Assembly (NCBI GenBank): GCA_030704615.1 | Contig: CM060733.1 | Coordinates: forward strand, 1-64,000 | Direction of reading: 5' to 3' | DNA: 64,000 bases | Source of the DNA: Takakia lepidozioides | Taxonomy: Eukaryota > Plantae > Bryophyta | In this document: positions 38,801-50,284 of the stretch, in pieces | Layout: every line of letters starts with the position of its first letter | How positions within the stretch are numbered: position 1 is the first letter of the stretch | Position numbers and translations under genes: made by a program | Notes under the pieces: generated by a model | Databases searched by the model: none | What the model was told of the DNA's origin: nothing | Seen by the model: the letters and a program-made list of their open reading frames with translations, nothing else

Positions 38801-39556
38801 AAACGTTACCTTTCTGACTGGGAATTTGGCATAGTCGAGAGCAGCCAGCTCGGAGCGAGAACCATCGAGGTGATGTTGTCGTAGGAGCTGCACAATGGAC
38901 CGGGTTGGAGTTATGCTCGAGGGCACATGCGTAGCACCTACAGAGACGTCCATGCCGGATTTGAACGACCGTGTGGAGGACATGGGTACCTCAATGCAAT
39001 CATCTTCCTCGTCGGAAATGTCGAATACGTCCACACGAGAAGCTATGGAGGGTCTTGACGGTCCAGGTCGGGAATGATTATCGTTGCATACCTCTCTGTT
39101 GGCAGTGGCCGCCTCTCGGTTTCCGGACTCCTTTGTGGATGGTGTGGGCAGCGACTGATTCGGAAAGGGAATGGGCATTCCCACAGCTCGGTACAGGATG
39201 GTGTCTGACGGGGGAACGTGCCATTCGATTCCGCAACCTCCGTCGTTACCTAGCACGACAATGGTCTCGTCAACCTGTCCAGGAACATCCTTCCTTTCTT
39301 CTTCCAAATAAACTGTGCCCGGTTTGAGCTTGAATTTGGAACAAAGGTAAGTTTCAGTCACTCTGCAAAGTCCTCCCTCGTTTGGGATCCAGGCTCTCCC
39401 AAGTTGCGGAGGACAGCAAACTATAGCGTAGGAATTCGGAGCCATCGAACACCGCACGGAGTTGGCAAGTGCGAGGTTCAGTATAGCGACAGACCAAGGC
39501 TCACAGGCCCATCTAAGTGGATCTGCGGAGTCCATCGACGATTGGAAGTCGCACAT
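35838..39556 (-). CDS. Mutator-type DDE transposase with N-terminal GCM-like Zn domain and C-terminal SWIM finger (~1200 aa, 2 exons)
   Basis: Exons 39556(or 39448)-37352 and 37268-35838, joined by a phase-0 GT-AG intron. GCM-like region GHPW..CAGKLRCLNPTC..CAHC..C..HVGVHCHP; catalytic VMFD, FMAD, CGFH, NMAESVH; SWIM CNCTDF..CKHLYYV. Confidence 0.85.
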
Positions 39557-39871
39557 TGAAGTGGAAAGTATTGTTTCAAGCTACATGCATGAAGGTGGGA
39601 GGTTTGATTCCATAGCCAGTGAGTATGACAATGATGACCGATTCGGCGACGAAATAACATCTCCTGACAGTTTCTCCTGAGGGTGGATCCAGCAGTATTC
39701 TCGGTGCAGACAGGAACGTTCGCACTGACAAGTGCCAGGACTGCTGGTTAAAACGGTCAGACAACCAAGTTGTGCTCATCAAGACTGGCCGCAATTGTGT
39801 TGTTTCGGAACAATGCAACCCATTCAGGTTCCAGATTTCCCGTCCCGATTGATTCTTTCGATTGCTGGTGG

Positions 39872-41560
39872 ACGGAAATACGGCGCCGCATTTCCGTATT
39901 GCATCTTGGTCATGCACCAGAGCGACGGAAATGCGGCACCGAGTTTCCGTCCGGGGGAAACCTTTATACTCTCCAGAACGGAAATGCGGTAACGCATTTC
40001 CATCCAGCAAGCACGGTATGTGAAGGTCAACGGAAATGCGGTACCGCATTTCCGTTCTGATTGAGATTTATGAACAACGGAACAGAAATGCGGCACCGCA
40101 TTTCCGTCCGAGTCGCACTTTTCCGACATTTCAGAACGGAAATGCGGCGCCGCATTTCCATTTTGTATCTGATGCATGGAGCTGAGGGATAGAAATGCTG
40201 CAGCACATTTCCGTCCTTAAAAGACATTCATACTCTCCAGAACGGAAATGCGGTACCGCATTTTCATTCAACAAGCACGGTATGTGAAGTGGAACGGAAA
40301 TGCGGTACCGCATTTCCGTTCTGATTGAGATTTATGAACAACGGGAACAGAAATGCGGCACCGCATTTCCGTCCGAGTCGCACTTTCCGACATTCCAGAA
40401 CGGAAATGCGGCGCCGCATTTCCATTTTGTATCTGATGCATGGAGCCGAGTGCGATTCCGACAGCTTCATACAGCGCAATTCCGACCGCTTGAGACATTC
40501 ATACTATCCAGAACGGAAATGCGGCACCGCATTTCCGTTCTGACTGAAAATCGTGAACCATCTGAACTGAAATGCGGCACCGTATTTCCATCCGAGTCGC
40601 ACCTACCAACATTCCAGAACGGAAATGCGGTACCGCATTTCCGTTCTGACTGAAAATCGTGAACCATCGGAACTGAAATGCGGCAGCGCATTTCCATCCG
40701 AGTCGCACCTCCCAACATTCAGAACGGAATGTATTAGATTCAAAGGGAAATGCGGCACGCATTTCCGTTCTGATGAAATATCCTGAAACATCGGAACTGA
40801 AATGCGGTACCGCATTTCCGTCGGAGTCGCACCTTCCGACATTCCAAACGGAAATGCGGCGCCGCATTTCCGTTTTGTATGTGAGGCATGGAGCTGTGGA
40901 ACGAAAATGCGGCACAGCATTTCCGCCAGCGTCAGACGTTAATACTCTACAGAACGGAAATGCGGTACCGCATTTCCATTCTGACTGAAAATCGTGCGCA
41001 ACGGAACAGAAATGCGGCACCGCATTTCCGTTCGAGTCGCACCTTCCGACATTCTAGAACGGAAATGCGGCGCCGCATTTCCGTTTTGTATATTGGGCCT
41101 GGAGCTGTGCTACGGAAATGTGTTGCCGCATTTCCATCCATGTGAGACCTTCAAACTTTCCAGACCGGAAATGCGGCACCGCATTTCTATACTTTCCCGA
41201 ACGGAAATGTGGCACGGCATTTCCATTCATCAACTAACGTATGTGAAGTGGGAACGGAAATGCGGTACCGCATTTCCGTTCACATTGAAAATCATGAACC
41301 ACGGGAACTGAAATGTTGTGCCTCATTCCCGTCCCAATCGCACCTTTCGACATTCCAGAACGGAAATGCGGCGCCGCATTTCCCTTTTGAATCTCATACA
41401 TGGAGCTGTGGGACGGAAATGCGGCACCGTATTTCCGTTCAACAACTAAGGTATGTGAAGGTGGAACGGAAATGCGGTGCCGCATTTTCTTCCAACAAGT
41501 ACGGATGTGTAGCTTCGTGATGGTACTTAACGGAAATGCGGCGCCGCATTCGCATTTTCG
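39872..41560. repeat. Array of ~30 palindromes (C)GGAAATGCGGYRCCGCATTTCC(G) at ~53-bp period with a ~265-bp higher-order unit
   Basis: Copies start at ~39873, 39926, 39980, 40032, 40085, 40138, 40191, 40244, 40296, 40349, 40402 ... 41362, 41415, 41468. About five spacer types recur. Confidence 0.95.
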
Positions 41561-41989
41561 CTCCAACTGATCAGACGCTGGGACGGAAATACCTTGAAAT
41601 GTGAACACGTGGAGCAACGGAATTGCTGCACATGTCGGCACTCTATCTGACTGAAGGGGCATGAGGCGGCGCGGCCTGACCGTTGGATAATGATGTTTGT
41701 TTTTCGGACGGCAGGCGTACCCTCAACGATTCGAATTTCGTAATGACGCAAACTCCACGAGGAGACACTTTCGTCCAACCCTTTCGAACCCAAGTGGTGC
41801 ATCACCGCCGTTTCATCTACTTTTGTCGTGTCTCCTCAGTCACCCCTCTCGCGCCCTTTCCATCTGCACTCTTTGCCCCTTTTCCCTCTCTCTGTTCTTC
41901 TTATGCTCGAACCTGAGAGGGGGGGAGTTCGTGCACCAGACAGGAGACCTCGTCGCAAGCTCCGGAAAATATACTTCGGACGTAGGCCA

Positions 41990-44900
41990 ATGCCGAAGGG
42001 GAGGAAGCAGATGCGTCTACAGGAGGAGATTGCCATCTCCGAGCAGCAGGCCACTCAGGCAACCCAGCCACCAGTGAGAGCTCCATGCGATCGGGCTGCG
42101 CGCAGCTGATCGAGCACCGAACCCCCCATTTTGCTTCTGTAATTCTTAGACTGAATGCTAGGAGACTTGAATGCAGAACATGTTTGCATGCCTAACAGGA
42201 AAGGTGGACGTGCTGGAGGGATCGCAGGAATCCGAAGAGCCGCAGGAAGAGTCCGAGGAGCTAGCTGCAGCACGTACACCCACCCGATCCCCGAGCGCGG
42301 GTATTCCTGCCGGGCCTAGCCCTCTGCGATTCAAAGACGCGTCTTCGAAGGGCAAGTTCAAAGTCCCAGAGATCGACTCGCGTTCTTCGATCATGGAGAA
42401 TCGCCAGCAGGGGTCGGGCCCTTCTCCAGCAAAGTCGAAGAAGAAGCAGCCCGTCCCTCTACTGGCTTCTGAACCGGCTCAGGCCGATTCACCCCCCCCA
42501 ACGCGAATGAAGCAGCAGGGTAGAAGACAGATTCAATTGCAGCAGACACCTTCACCTGCAAGGATGAGGAAGCAGAAGGCAATCAGGGCGACGGGCGAAC
42601 AATCTCCCGCAAAACCGCTTCCACGAGCTGAAGCTCAGTTCCTGGAGGATTTCCCGCCTGCAGATGTTGGGGCCGACTCTGCTGCAGCGAAGGCAATGGG
42701 ATCGACCGTTGATCTCGATTTGGTACCGGAGGAGGGTGCTGCCGCTGAACGTTCGCAGGCAGACCTCACCACCGATGAGCAAGCAGGCCCGGAGGAGGCC
42801 TCTGCAATGGCAGAATTGCCCGCAGACAGGCCCCAGAGTGCAGCTCCAGTTGAGGATGCTCCAGCTGCTCAGCCACTACCGGCACCTACAGACATGTCTC
42901 CGGAGGATTTCAAAAGTGCAGCGGATAAAATGTTGGAGGAGACACACAGTAGCATTGGCAGAGTTCTGGGCAGCAGGGTATTCCAGCGGACTCTTCGAAT
43001 CCCACTCTGTCGCATGGTCTCCCTTCCCATCGTCAGGCAGGCCCTTCCCGGAGATGTGGATAAGCTCAAGTTCGCATTTCGAGAAGGGTACCGTCTGGGA
43101 TCGGCAGCGTTTTACGTTTCCATTGAGAATGAGGACGGCGAAACTCGTGGACCCACTGCCGATGAATTGTCAACGTGGGATACCCACTGGCACACTCGCA
43201 ACCACGAATTCGAGGCGACGCTGAAGGGTGATCCAGACTTCGGCCATATGTCGGGTAAAATGTTCTTTGTGTGGGACGGGAATCACCGACTTCTCGCCTG
43301 GTGGGAGTACATCAAGCAGAACCATGCCAAGCACATTGGCTGGCATTACATGGTGGAGTGTGTCATCCTCAAGGTGAAGGCGGCAGACTCCTCCCTGCTC
43401 AAGAATGCCATGGCGGACCTCAACTCGTAAGATACTCATACCCTCCCTAGCACGTTCGAAATGCGGTGCCGCATTTCGGTTTCCATTCTGGTTTGTTTCC
43501 GTGCTTCCGTGTACTGAACTGGAGAGTGTGCCTTGCAGGGTCACTGAGAATGCGTACGTGCATACCCACATGGCACACATGCTGTACAGGGTGAGGAAAA
43601 CTGGTCTCACTGATCCGCAGATGTTTGCGGAAATGCTGGAGCCCGAGCTCATTCAGAAAGCCGTTGCAAAAACAGACCGGACATGGTATCGTCTCACTAT
43701 GGATGGAATGGTGGAGGTGATATACGAAGTAAGTCGTCCTCCAATTTCCCTCTGCTCATCCTTCCCCAATTTTCAGTAATGTTTCCACATGAATCGAATG
43801 TAACGCTTCTGCATGTTTTTGTTGGCAGTCAAACATCAAGCTGGATTTGGCCCATGCCAAACGCTTCTTCATGGAAAGTGAGGGGCAGGTCAAAACGTTG
43901 CAGTCATTGACTGAGCACTTGAAGGAAGCCGGTGTCAAGTCCAGAACCAAATACAAGTCAAAGCTTGTGAAGCTGGTGGCAATTGCAGATCCGGCACTTG
44001 GAAAGGACTTCATCCCCGAGATTGCAAAACACTATTCTCGGGCCATGCAGCCGACCATGCAATTGGAGAAACTGCATCACCTCTCAACGGCATGTGTGGA
44101 GGCGAAAGAGAAGGTGAGGTTTCAATGCACTGAAGTTCCTTCCTAGCAATAGCCACTCTCTTCCAGCTCCTGACATTGGATCGGAAATGGCAGACACGGT
44201 GGCTGTCGATCTGGAATGCATCCGAGAGCATAAGGACAATGTGGTCTTTTCCACTCGAAGTTTCCGACCCTGCAGTGGATGTGTGGCTCAACCGTATGAC
44301 TTGGTGGTTCCAGGTAATTCAAGGTACTTCCCCAGATTTGCTTTTCTGACATGAATTCCCTGAACTGCTACGTGACAATGGATTTGGGAATCGCAGGTAA
44401 TGTCGAATGCGAAGGAGCAAGTCGTAATGCACACAAATTCGTTCGGCTTGTACGTCAAATGGGATGGAACACAGACATTGGAAGACTACGTGACACGTTT
44501 CAGATGTGCGTACAAGGACAACCTTTTCGCCAGAGAGCTACAGACAGCAAGAAGGAGCGTGGAGTTTACACATCAGGAGGGAGCGGGGAAAGCTGCAATG
44601 CGAATTGTTTACAGGTGAAGCACAGCTGCCCTTGTATGCGAAGCCTGGTTACGAGGTTTGTCTCGGAAATGCGGCACCGCATTCGCATTTTATGTTTTCG
44701 GTGGCACTCTGCCAGTAGGTTGGTCTCAACTTTTGCTCACGCATGCTGACTGCCTTGCAGGTATATGAAATACGTGCTCCTTCAGACAAGGGCCCTGGCT
44801 CAAGAGCCCCCGTTCTTCATGGCTTGGACCGTGGCGGGCCCAAGCTGTGTCTACACACCCGAGATGCAGAAACAATGGCATCCCGCGCATCTCGTTGGAT

Positions 44901-47113
44901 GCCCGTGGTACCTGGACATGTCTGGCGGTATTGTTGACGAGTCTGAGAAAGATCTGCACGCCTTGGCAGAAGAGAAGAGAAAGGAAAGACGTGTCCCTGC
45001 TGGGCCAAAGTCGGCAAAGGAATCTGCTGCTCTGGAAGAATCCAGAAAGGCAGCTGAGATGGCACAAAAGACGGTGGATGCAGCTGTGCAGGCCCAACAG
45101 AAGGGGTCGAAGAAGAGGACTCGCCAGCAAGGAGCAGCTGTTGTGACACCCGCCAAAACGAAGAAGCAGAAACAGCCTGTTCAGGAAGAGGGTGAGGAAG
45201 AGGACTCCGATGGAGACTTTGCAACCAGCCCACCCCCCCAAACGCAGGCTGCCTCCCCTGTGCCCACCGTTGTCACGAGAGGCACGAGAACTGGCTCGGC
45301 AAAGAAGGCACTCTTCAACCCCCCAGGGGGCACCCTTTCGAGCCGGTGGAAATGAAGAGGCCGAAAGTGGCTCCCGAAACAGTAGTCCAGTGTGTAAATG
45401 AGAGTTTCTTGGCGGCTTTGGATGGACGGGCAGCCAAGTTGGCATACATGAAGACCATGGAGGGTCTGAAGGGCAGAGCACTGAAGAAGGCGACTGCCGA
45501 AGAGCCTTCCGACACCCCAGGATTTCAGAATATGGTCTCGTTCTTTGAGAGGGTGTGTGCAGACAAGGATTGTAGGAGGGGCGGAAATGCCACCGAGTGG
45601 TCTTGCGATATGATCATCTTGGATATTCCGGACGGAGAGCCTGTGGAAGGACTGCAAGCTTTGCCATCTTGGAACAGGTACTCGGAGGACTTTTGGAAGA
45701 AAGGATTCGGGCTTGCCCGCATGGTGTTGGACGACAGAGGCTGTGTGGTTGTCCTGGCGAGCAGAGGAAAAAACACTCAGACAGGAATTGCGAAGTGGAC
45801 CCGCAAGAGCGCCGTCCCGATTCTGAAAAAGAAGTGGACGTGCATCAACACACTGGGCCTTCGGTCGGAAGGGAAGAAGGTGATTACGACACTGGCACTC
45901 GTCCATTCATTTGCTTGGGTGTTTTCAAATGCGGTGCCGCATTCGGTTTCTAATCGTTTTCCCCCTGTGTATGCAGACGAAGCAGTTCGATGCATACTGC
46001 TTTGTGAAGGAGAACTCCACCTTTGCTTTCCGGAAGGAGGGAGGAAAGGTTGACCCGAACTGCGACCCACTCGATTACGACGTTCTGTTCAACAACGTTC
46101 CCAAGGAACTTCTCCCTCATAGCCTCACTTCAACGGAACCCCTGCGGTACTCACGGACTCGGAGCCCTGCCTTCATTCAGACAATTATGGAGACATGCAC
46201 AGACGTGGAGGGCACAGTGCTCGACCTCATCTGTGGGACAGGTATGCAGAATCTTGATCTATGCTGTTCTGCAAATTCTCGTTAGGATGTAGTTCGCAAC
46301 ATCTGAAGCGCCATGTGGTAATGTGTGGATGGCATTGTAACAGGTGCCTCAATGTGGGCTGGGCGGTTTTCCGACCGGCACCTCTTTGCCTACGAGGAGG
46401 ATTCATCCGTGTGGGGATCCCATCTGGAGGGGCTGCAACGGAATGTGAAGGCTCCCGACAGAGCGGAAGTCTCCTCGGATTCGTCGGAGTCCGAGGAAGA
46501 CACAGTGGACATTGATGCGGAGGAGAACCCGGAATACGAGTGAGTGCAAACATTGTAAGTTTGCAAAGCCTTCTGGGTCATTTATGTCAAACGAATTTCC
46601 CGACTGTGGTTCTCATTAGTCTCGTTGATGATTGTCATGTGCAGGATTGCAGGGTCCGGGTCGAAACATGTAGGGCCTACACTTCCTGCCAGGAAGAATG
46701 TCCCGTTCTTTGCGAGGGCCGACTTCATGACGAGCCCGGTGAGGGACTTCTCCCTTCCTAGTTATGCAGCTAAACTCGTAAATACAGCGATTAGAAGAAG
46801 TGAGAATCCCAGTAAAGTAGAGCAGATTTTGGAGAGGGCTAGGGAGGACAGAAGGATAAGGAAAGAGTTGGCAGCAGCTCAGACAGGTAGACGGGTACGA
46901 AAGTACATATGTGATTCAGCGGATGAGAGCGACGCAGACAGGGAGGAAGACGACCCAACGGAGGTGAGATGGACAGTTCCGCAAGGGGAAGATGGGATTT
47001 TTGAAAGCCTGGCCAACGAGCAGTCCGCTGGAGATGAGAAAGGCACTGAGGGGGTGGAGGCGGAGCAGGACAGTCTAGAACAGGATGAGGATTCGGATGA
47101 TTTTCAAGATTAA
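41990..47113 (+). CDS. ParB/Srx-like domain fused to a beta-class N6A/N4C DNA methyltransferase fold (~1400 aa, 10 exons, one homopolymer frameshift)
   Basis: Phase-consistent GT-AG exons: 41990-42073, 42177-43426, 43539-43728, 43829-44113, 44167-44313, 44397-44614, 44761-45879 (frameshift ~45325), 45977-46241, 46344-46539, 46645-47113. ParB-like IPLCRMV..VR..DVDKLK..F..GY..FFVWDGNHRLLAW. MTase motif IV-like CDMIILDIPDG, then ARMVLDDRG, then motif X/I RSPAFIQTIMETCTDVEGTVLDLICGTG|ASMWAGRFSDRHLFAYEED. Confidence 0.8.
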
Positions 47114-47249
47114 TAGAATTTTAATGAAGTCTCTGTAAATGTAAATTCTCTTCCAGAGTATATAAAGGAAATTCTGCCAGACATTCGTGACCCCTCTCCA
47201 GTGTGCATTCCAGCCACACAATCGCTCAAACCACGACGCTCCCAAAATC

Positions 47250-47955
47250 AGAAATGGTGCACGCATTTCCAAAATTTTGGCAACTCTAAGAACCTCTTTT
47301 GGAAATGCGGCACCACATTTGCAAAACAGGGGAGGGAGTAAATTTTCCATTTCAATGTTGGCATAGTAAAAAGTAATCTGAATTGGAAATGCGGTGCCGC
47401 ATTTCCAAAATTTCCTTTGTCCACACGCCAGTTTTGGCCTCTCCCGCCCATTGCATGGATGCCACCACGCTTATAGAGGTCGAACAAGGAGGTCGAACAA
47501 GGAGGTCGAACAAGGAGGTCGAGATGGTGGAATTGAAAATGCGGTGCCGCATTTCAGTATTGGGGATGGTCGTTGTTCGAACTGCAGGCCCATCAGCAAA
47601 AATTGGCACCGCATTCCATTGTTAAAAAAAAGTCGATGACGGACATGGAAATGCGGCGCCGCATTTCCAGAACGGACATCGCAATTTGTCCATTTGCAGA
47701 CCCTCTCTCGGAAATGCGGTAACGCATTCCATCGCGCTGGTCGGAAATGTCACACTTTTCGAAGTGTTGTACGGAAATGCGGCACCGCATTCCCTTGTCC
47801 AAAAAGAAGTTTCCATTGCCAAGCTGGAAATGCGTCGCCGCATTTGCAATGCCAACCTCGTTTTCTGACCAATTTATAGACCCGTGTTGGTATTTCGTGT
47901 ACCTGGACGGAAATGATGCACCGCATTTTCTTGTCCCAGGCGGCACCGCATTTCG
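47250..47955. repeat. Second, looser cluster (~11 copies) of the GAAATGCGG..CCGCATTTC palindrome
   Basis: Copies at ~47301, 47385, 47535, 47603, 47648, 47710, 47774, 47826, 47909 and 47940; also a 13-bp tandem gaggtcgaacaag at ~47476-47520. Confidence 0.9.
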
Positions 47956-48211
47956 ATGTCCGACATGGCGTTACTCTGGTATATTCTTGACACATGACTC
48001 ACATACCGGTTACTCTGCTATATTCATCCGGACAGACACATTGTAGAAATGAGACATCAAATTGTAAACAGTGGGCCAATTCCGACAGTGATTCAACACA
48101 ATGAAACACAATCATACAGAAGTGAGGTACGATGGGTTTATTGATCGGACACGATGTCTCACATTTACCAACTGCAGACAAAACTAAGCCCTTCCTCCTT
48201 CTACATGGGCT

Positions 48212-48790
48212 TCACCAAGTCGACGGAACTTCGATACCCCTCAAAACAAGCTCATCACTGCTGCGGCACCTCGAGGTAAACTGCAATTCGGTCGTTCTGC
48301 TGCCCTTGCTGGAGCCGACGACAATGTCATGTCCATCAATGATACCACCATCATACATTGACAAGGTCACTGTGGGCCTCATGTGCCCGTGCGATTCGTC
48401 TTCGCAACGCAGCCGAATGTCTCCATACACTGGAAGAGCGGAGTGATCTGCACGTATATAGTTTTCCCCGGTGCCGTCCTCCCTGGTCCACTGGCAGCAG
48501 TTCCAGCGCCAAAGCGAGGCCGTGCGTGATCTATCCGGCATCCCTTTCCAGCTTGGTATATCGAGGTCAACAATTTTCAGGACCCACGGACCGCATTGAC
48601 CCTCGCCCTCACCTCGCTCAAAGCGGTAATAGCCCTCCAGATACTCCATTGCGCGCAAAGACTCTTGCTTGATTCCAGCAGCGTCTGTGAAAACAGAGAG
48701 CCAGACAATGATGTCTCCTGATTCTGGTTTGAACATAGCATAATCGTGGCCATGATAAGGGTAGTCGGCTGGATTTCGGCGGCACGACAT
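48212..48790 (-). CDS. Orphan protein, ~190 aa, paralog of 49341..49904
   Basis: MSCRRNPADYPYHGHDYAMFKPESGDIIVW..GYYRFERG..PWVLKIVDLDIPSW..LWRWNCCQWT..PVYGDIR..DGGIIDGHDIVV..ELVLRGIEVP; intact ORF. Confidence 0.7.
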   Translation of the reverse strand: MSCRRNPADYPYHGHDYAMFKPESGDIIVWLSVFTDAAGIKQESLRAMEYLEGYYRFERGEGEGQCGPWVLKIVDLDIPSWKGMPDRSRTASLWRWNCCQWTREDGTGENYIRADHSALPVYGDIRLRCEDESHGHMRPTVTLSMYDGGIIDGHDIVVGSSKGSRTTELQFTSRCRSSDELVLRGIEVPSTW

Positions 48791-49340
48791 CCTTGAAAAA
48801 GAGTCGCGGAGTACGCTCAATGACAGCAGCTCCCGGATGGAGGAGGAGGACCGCGGTGGCTGGAAAAAGTTCAAGCTAACGCTGCAATTCCTCACAAACA
48901 CTCCAGGGCACATTTAAATTTCCCCCCTACAGGATCCTGGACCGATGAAGATTGGCTGCTGCATGAATGTAGCCGTTTCAGTTTCCTACCCTGCCATGCA
49001 AACTATGAGCAGTCACTGCCAGGTGGGCCGATAGCCACTGGACACGACGAAGTCCATCCCCTCTTCGATGTAAATGCGGCGCCGAATTTCCATCCGGGGG
49101 GATGGACTTCAGTGGCAGATCTCAAACTATAACTTGTTGATGAGAAAGATGTATGGGTTCATCCACCGCTGGCGTGATGAACACGTTCCACCTCCGTCGG
49201 TGGGTACGTGTGACCCAGATGCTCCATTATTGGAGGCCGAACTGCTCTTCCGCTTCGCATCATTTCCAAAATCTAAGGGCTTCGTAGCTGTCCGCAAGGT
49301 CATCGGCATCCAAGTCGTCCTCAGGTCCTCCTTTGCAAGG

Positions 49341-49904
49341 ATGCCGTGCTTCCGGAACCGGGACGACTGCCCATTTGGAGGCATCGATTATGCAATGTAT
49401 TCGGCCACATCGGGAGACATTGTTATCTGGTACACAGATTACACAGAAGATACTGGTTCGATTGTGGAAACATTGGTGGCTTTTGAGTATATCGTAGGCC
49501 ACTACGCCTTCGAGCGGGGTGACGATCTTGGTCTAAGGAGTCCGTGGCTCCTGCGCATCCTCGATTCCGATTTTCCCAGCTACGACGGTCACCCATGCAG
49601 AAGAAGGCGCACTGCTATGCTGTTGCGGTGGAACTGCTGCCACTGGACGTGGGTGGACTCCATCGGAGAGACCTATTCTCCTGAAGGAGTGCGCTCCTCT
49701 TCTCCATTGTATGGGGACATTCGCATTGGTGTGGACGACGAAAACGTGAAGATTTCCATACTCGATGGTGGTATGATTGAAGGGCAGGACATTGTGGTGA
49801 ACATCACTAGGGGCGGTACAACGGCTGCAATCGACTTTACATGGAGGAGCCCCATGACTCATGAGCTAGTTCTGAGAGCAGTCGAAGTCCCATTGACAAC
49901 GTGA
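49341..49904 (+). CDS. Orphan protein, ~187 aa, paralog of 48212..48790
   Basis: MPCFRNRDDCPFGGIDYAMYSATSGDIVIW..GHYAFERG..PWLLRILDSDFPSY..LLRWNCCHWT..PLYGDIR..DGGMIEGQDIVV..ELVLRAVEVP; intact and colinear with its paralog. Confidence 0.7.
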   Translation: MPCFRNRDDCPFGGIDYAMYSATSGDIVIWYTDYTEDTGSIVETLVAFEYIVGHYAFERGDDLGLRSPWLLRILDSDFPSYDGHPCRRRRTAMLLRWNCCHWTWVDSIGETYSPEGVRSSSPLYGDIRIGVDDENVKISILDGGMIEGQDIVVNITRGGTTAAIDFTWRSPMTHELVLRAVEVPLTT

Positions 49905-50284
49905 CTTGTATTCAGTAGGCACAGGGCTAAAGATTTGATGGCACAATCAGCACAGTAGACGTGCTTCAAATGCAATTCATGTGGATCAATAAAAACCTCA
50001 TTGTGCCCTCTTTTTATTCTATTCTGTGTCCATCGTTCCCAGAATGCGTCATTGCTCATTTCGTTTGGGATTGGGAGTGTGGGTGGATTTTGCAAATAGC
50101 TGGTAGGCTGAAATGGGCCCCCATTGTACAGAGCAGTACCACCCTACCATTCGCGAAACATTGCCTTTCAATATATAATTCTAAATAACATTGCCGAACC
50201 TCCTTCATCGGGAGGTCCTTCTCCCCCTATGACCGTGGCACCCTAAACCCTATTCCCGCGGACTCTCATTTCCGGAAAATAGTG

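Noticed and set aside
36225-38834. Plus-strand ORFs overlapping the transposase, and antisense ORFs over the PPR and ParB-MTase genes
   Set aside because: Shadow frames of well-supported genes on the opposite strand.
39872-41560. CRISPR array (palindromic repeats with ~30-bp spacers)
   Set aside because: Spacers recur in a higher-order pattern rather than being unique, no cas genes are present, the context is eukaryotic with introns, and the motif is also dispersed in introns.
39576-41662. Many short overlapping ORFs (EMRRRISV / GNAAPHF / KCGTAFP peptides)
   Set aside because: These are translations of the palindrome array on both strands, not proteins.
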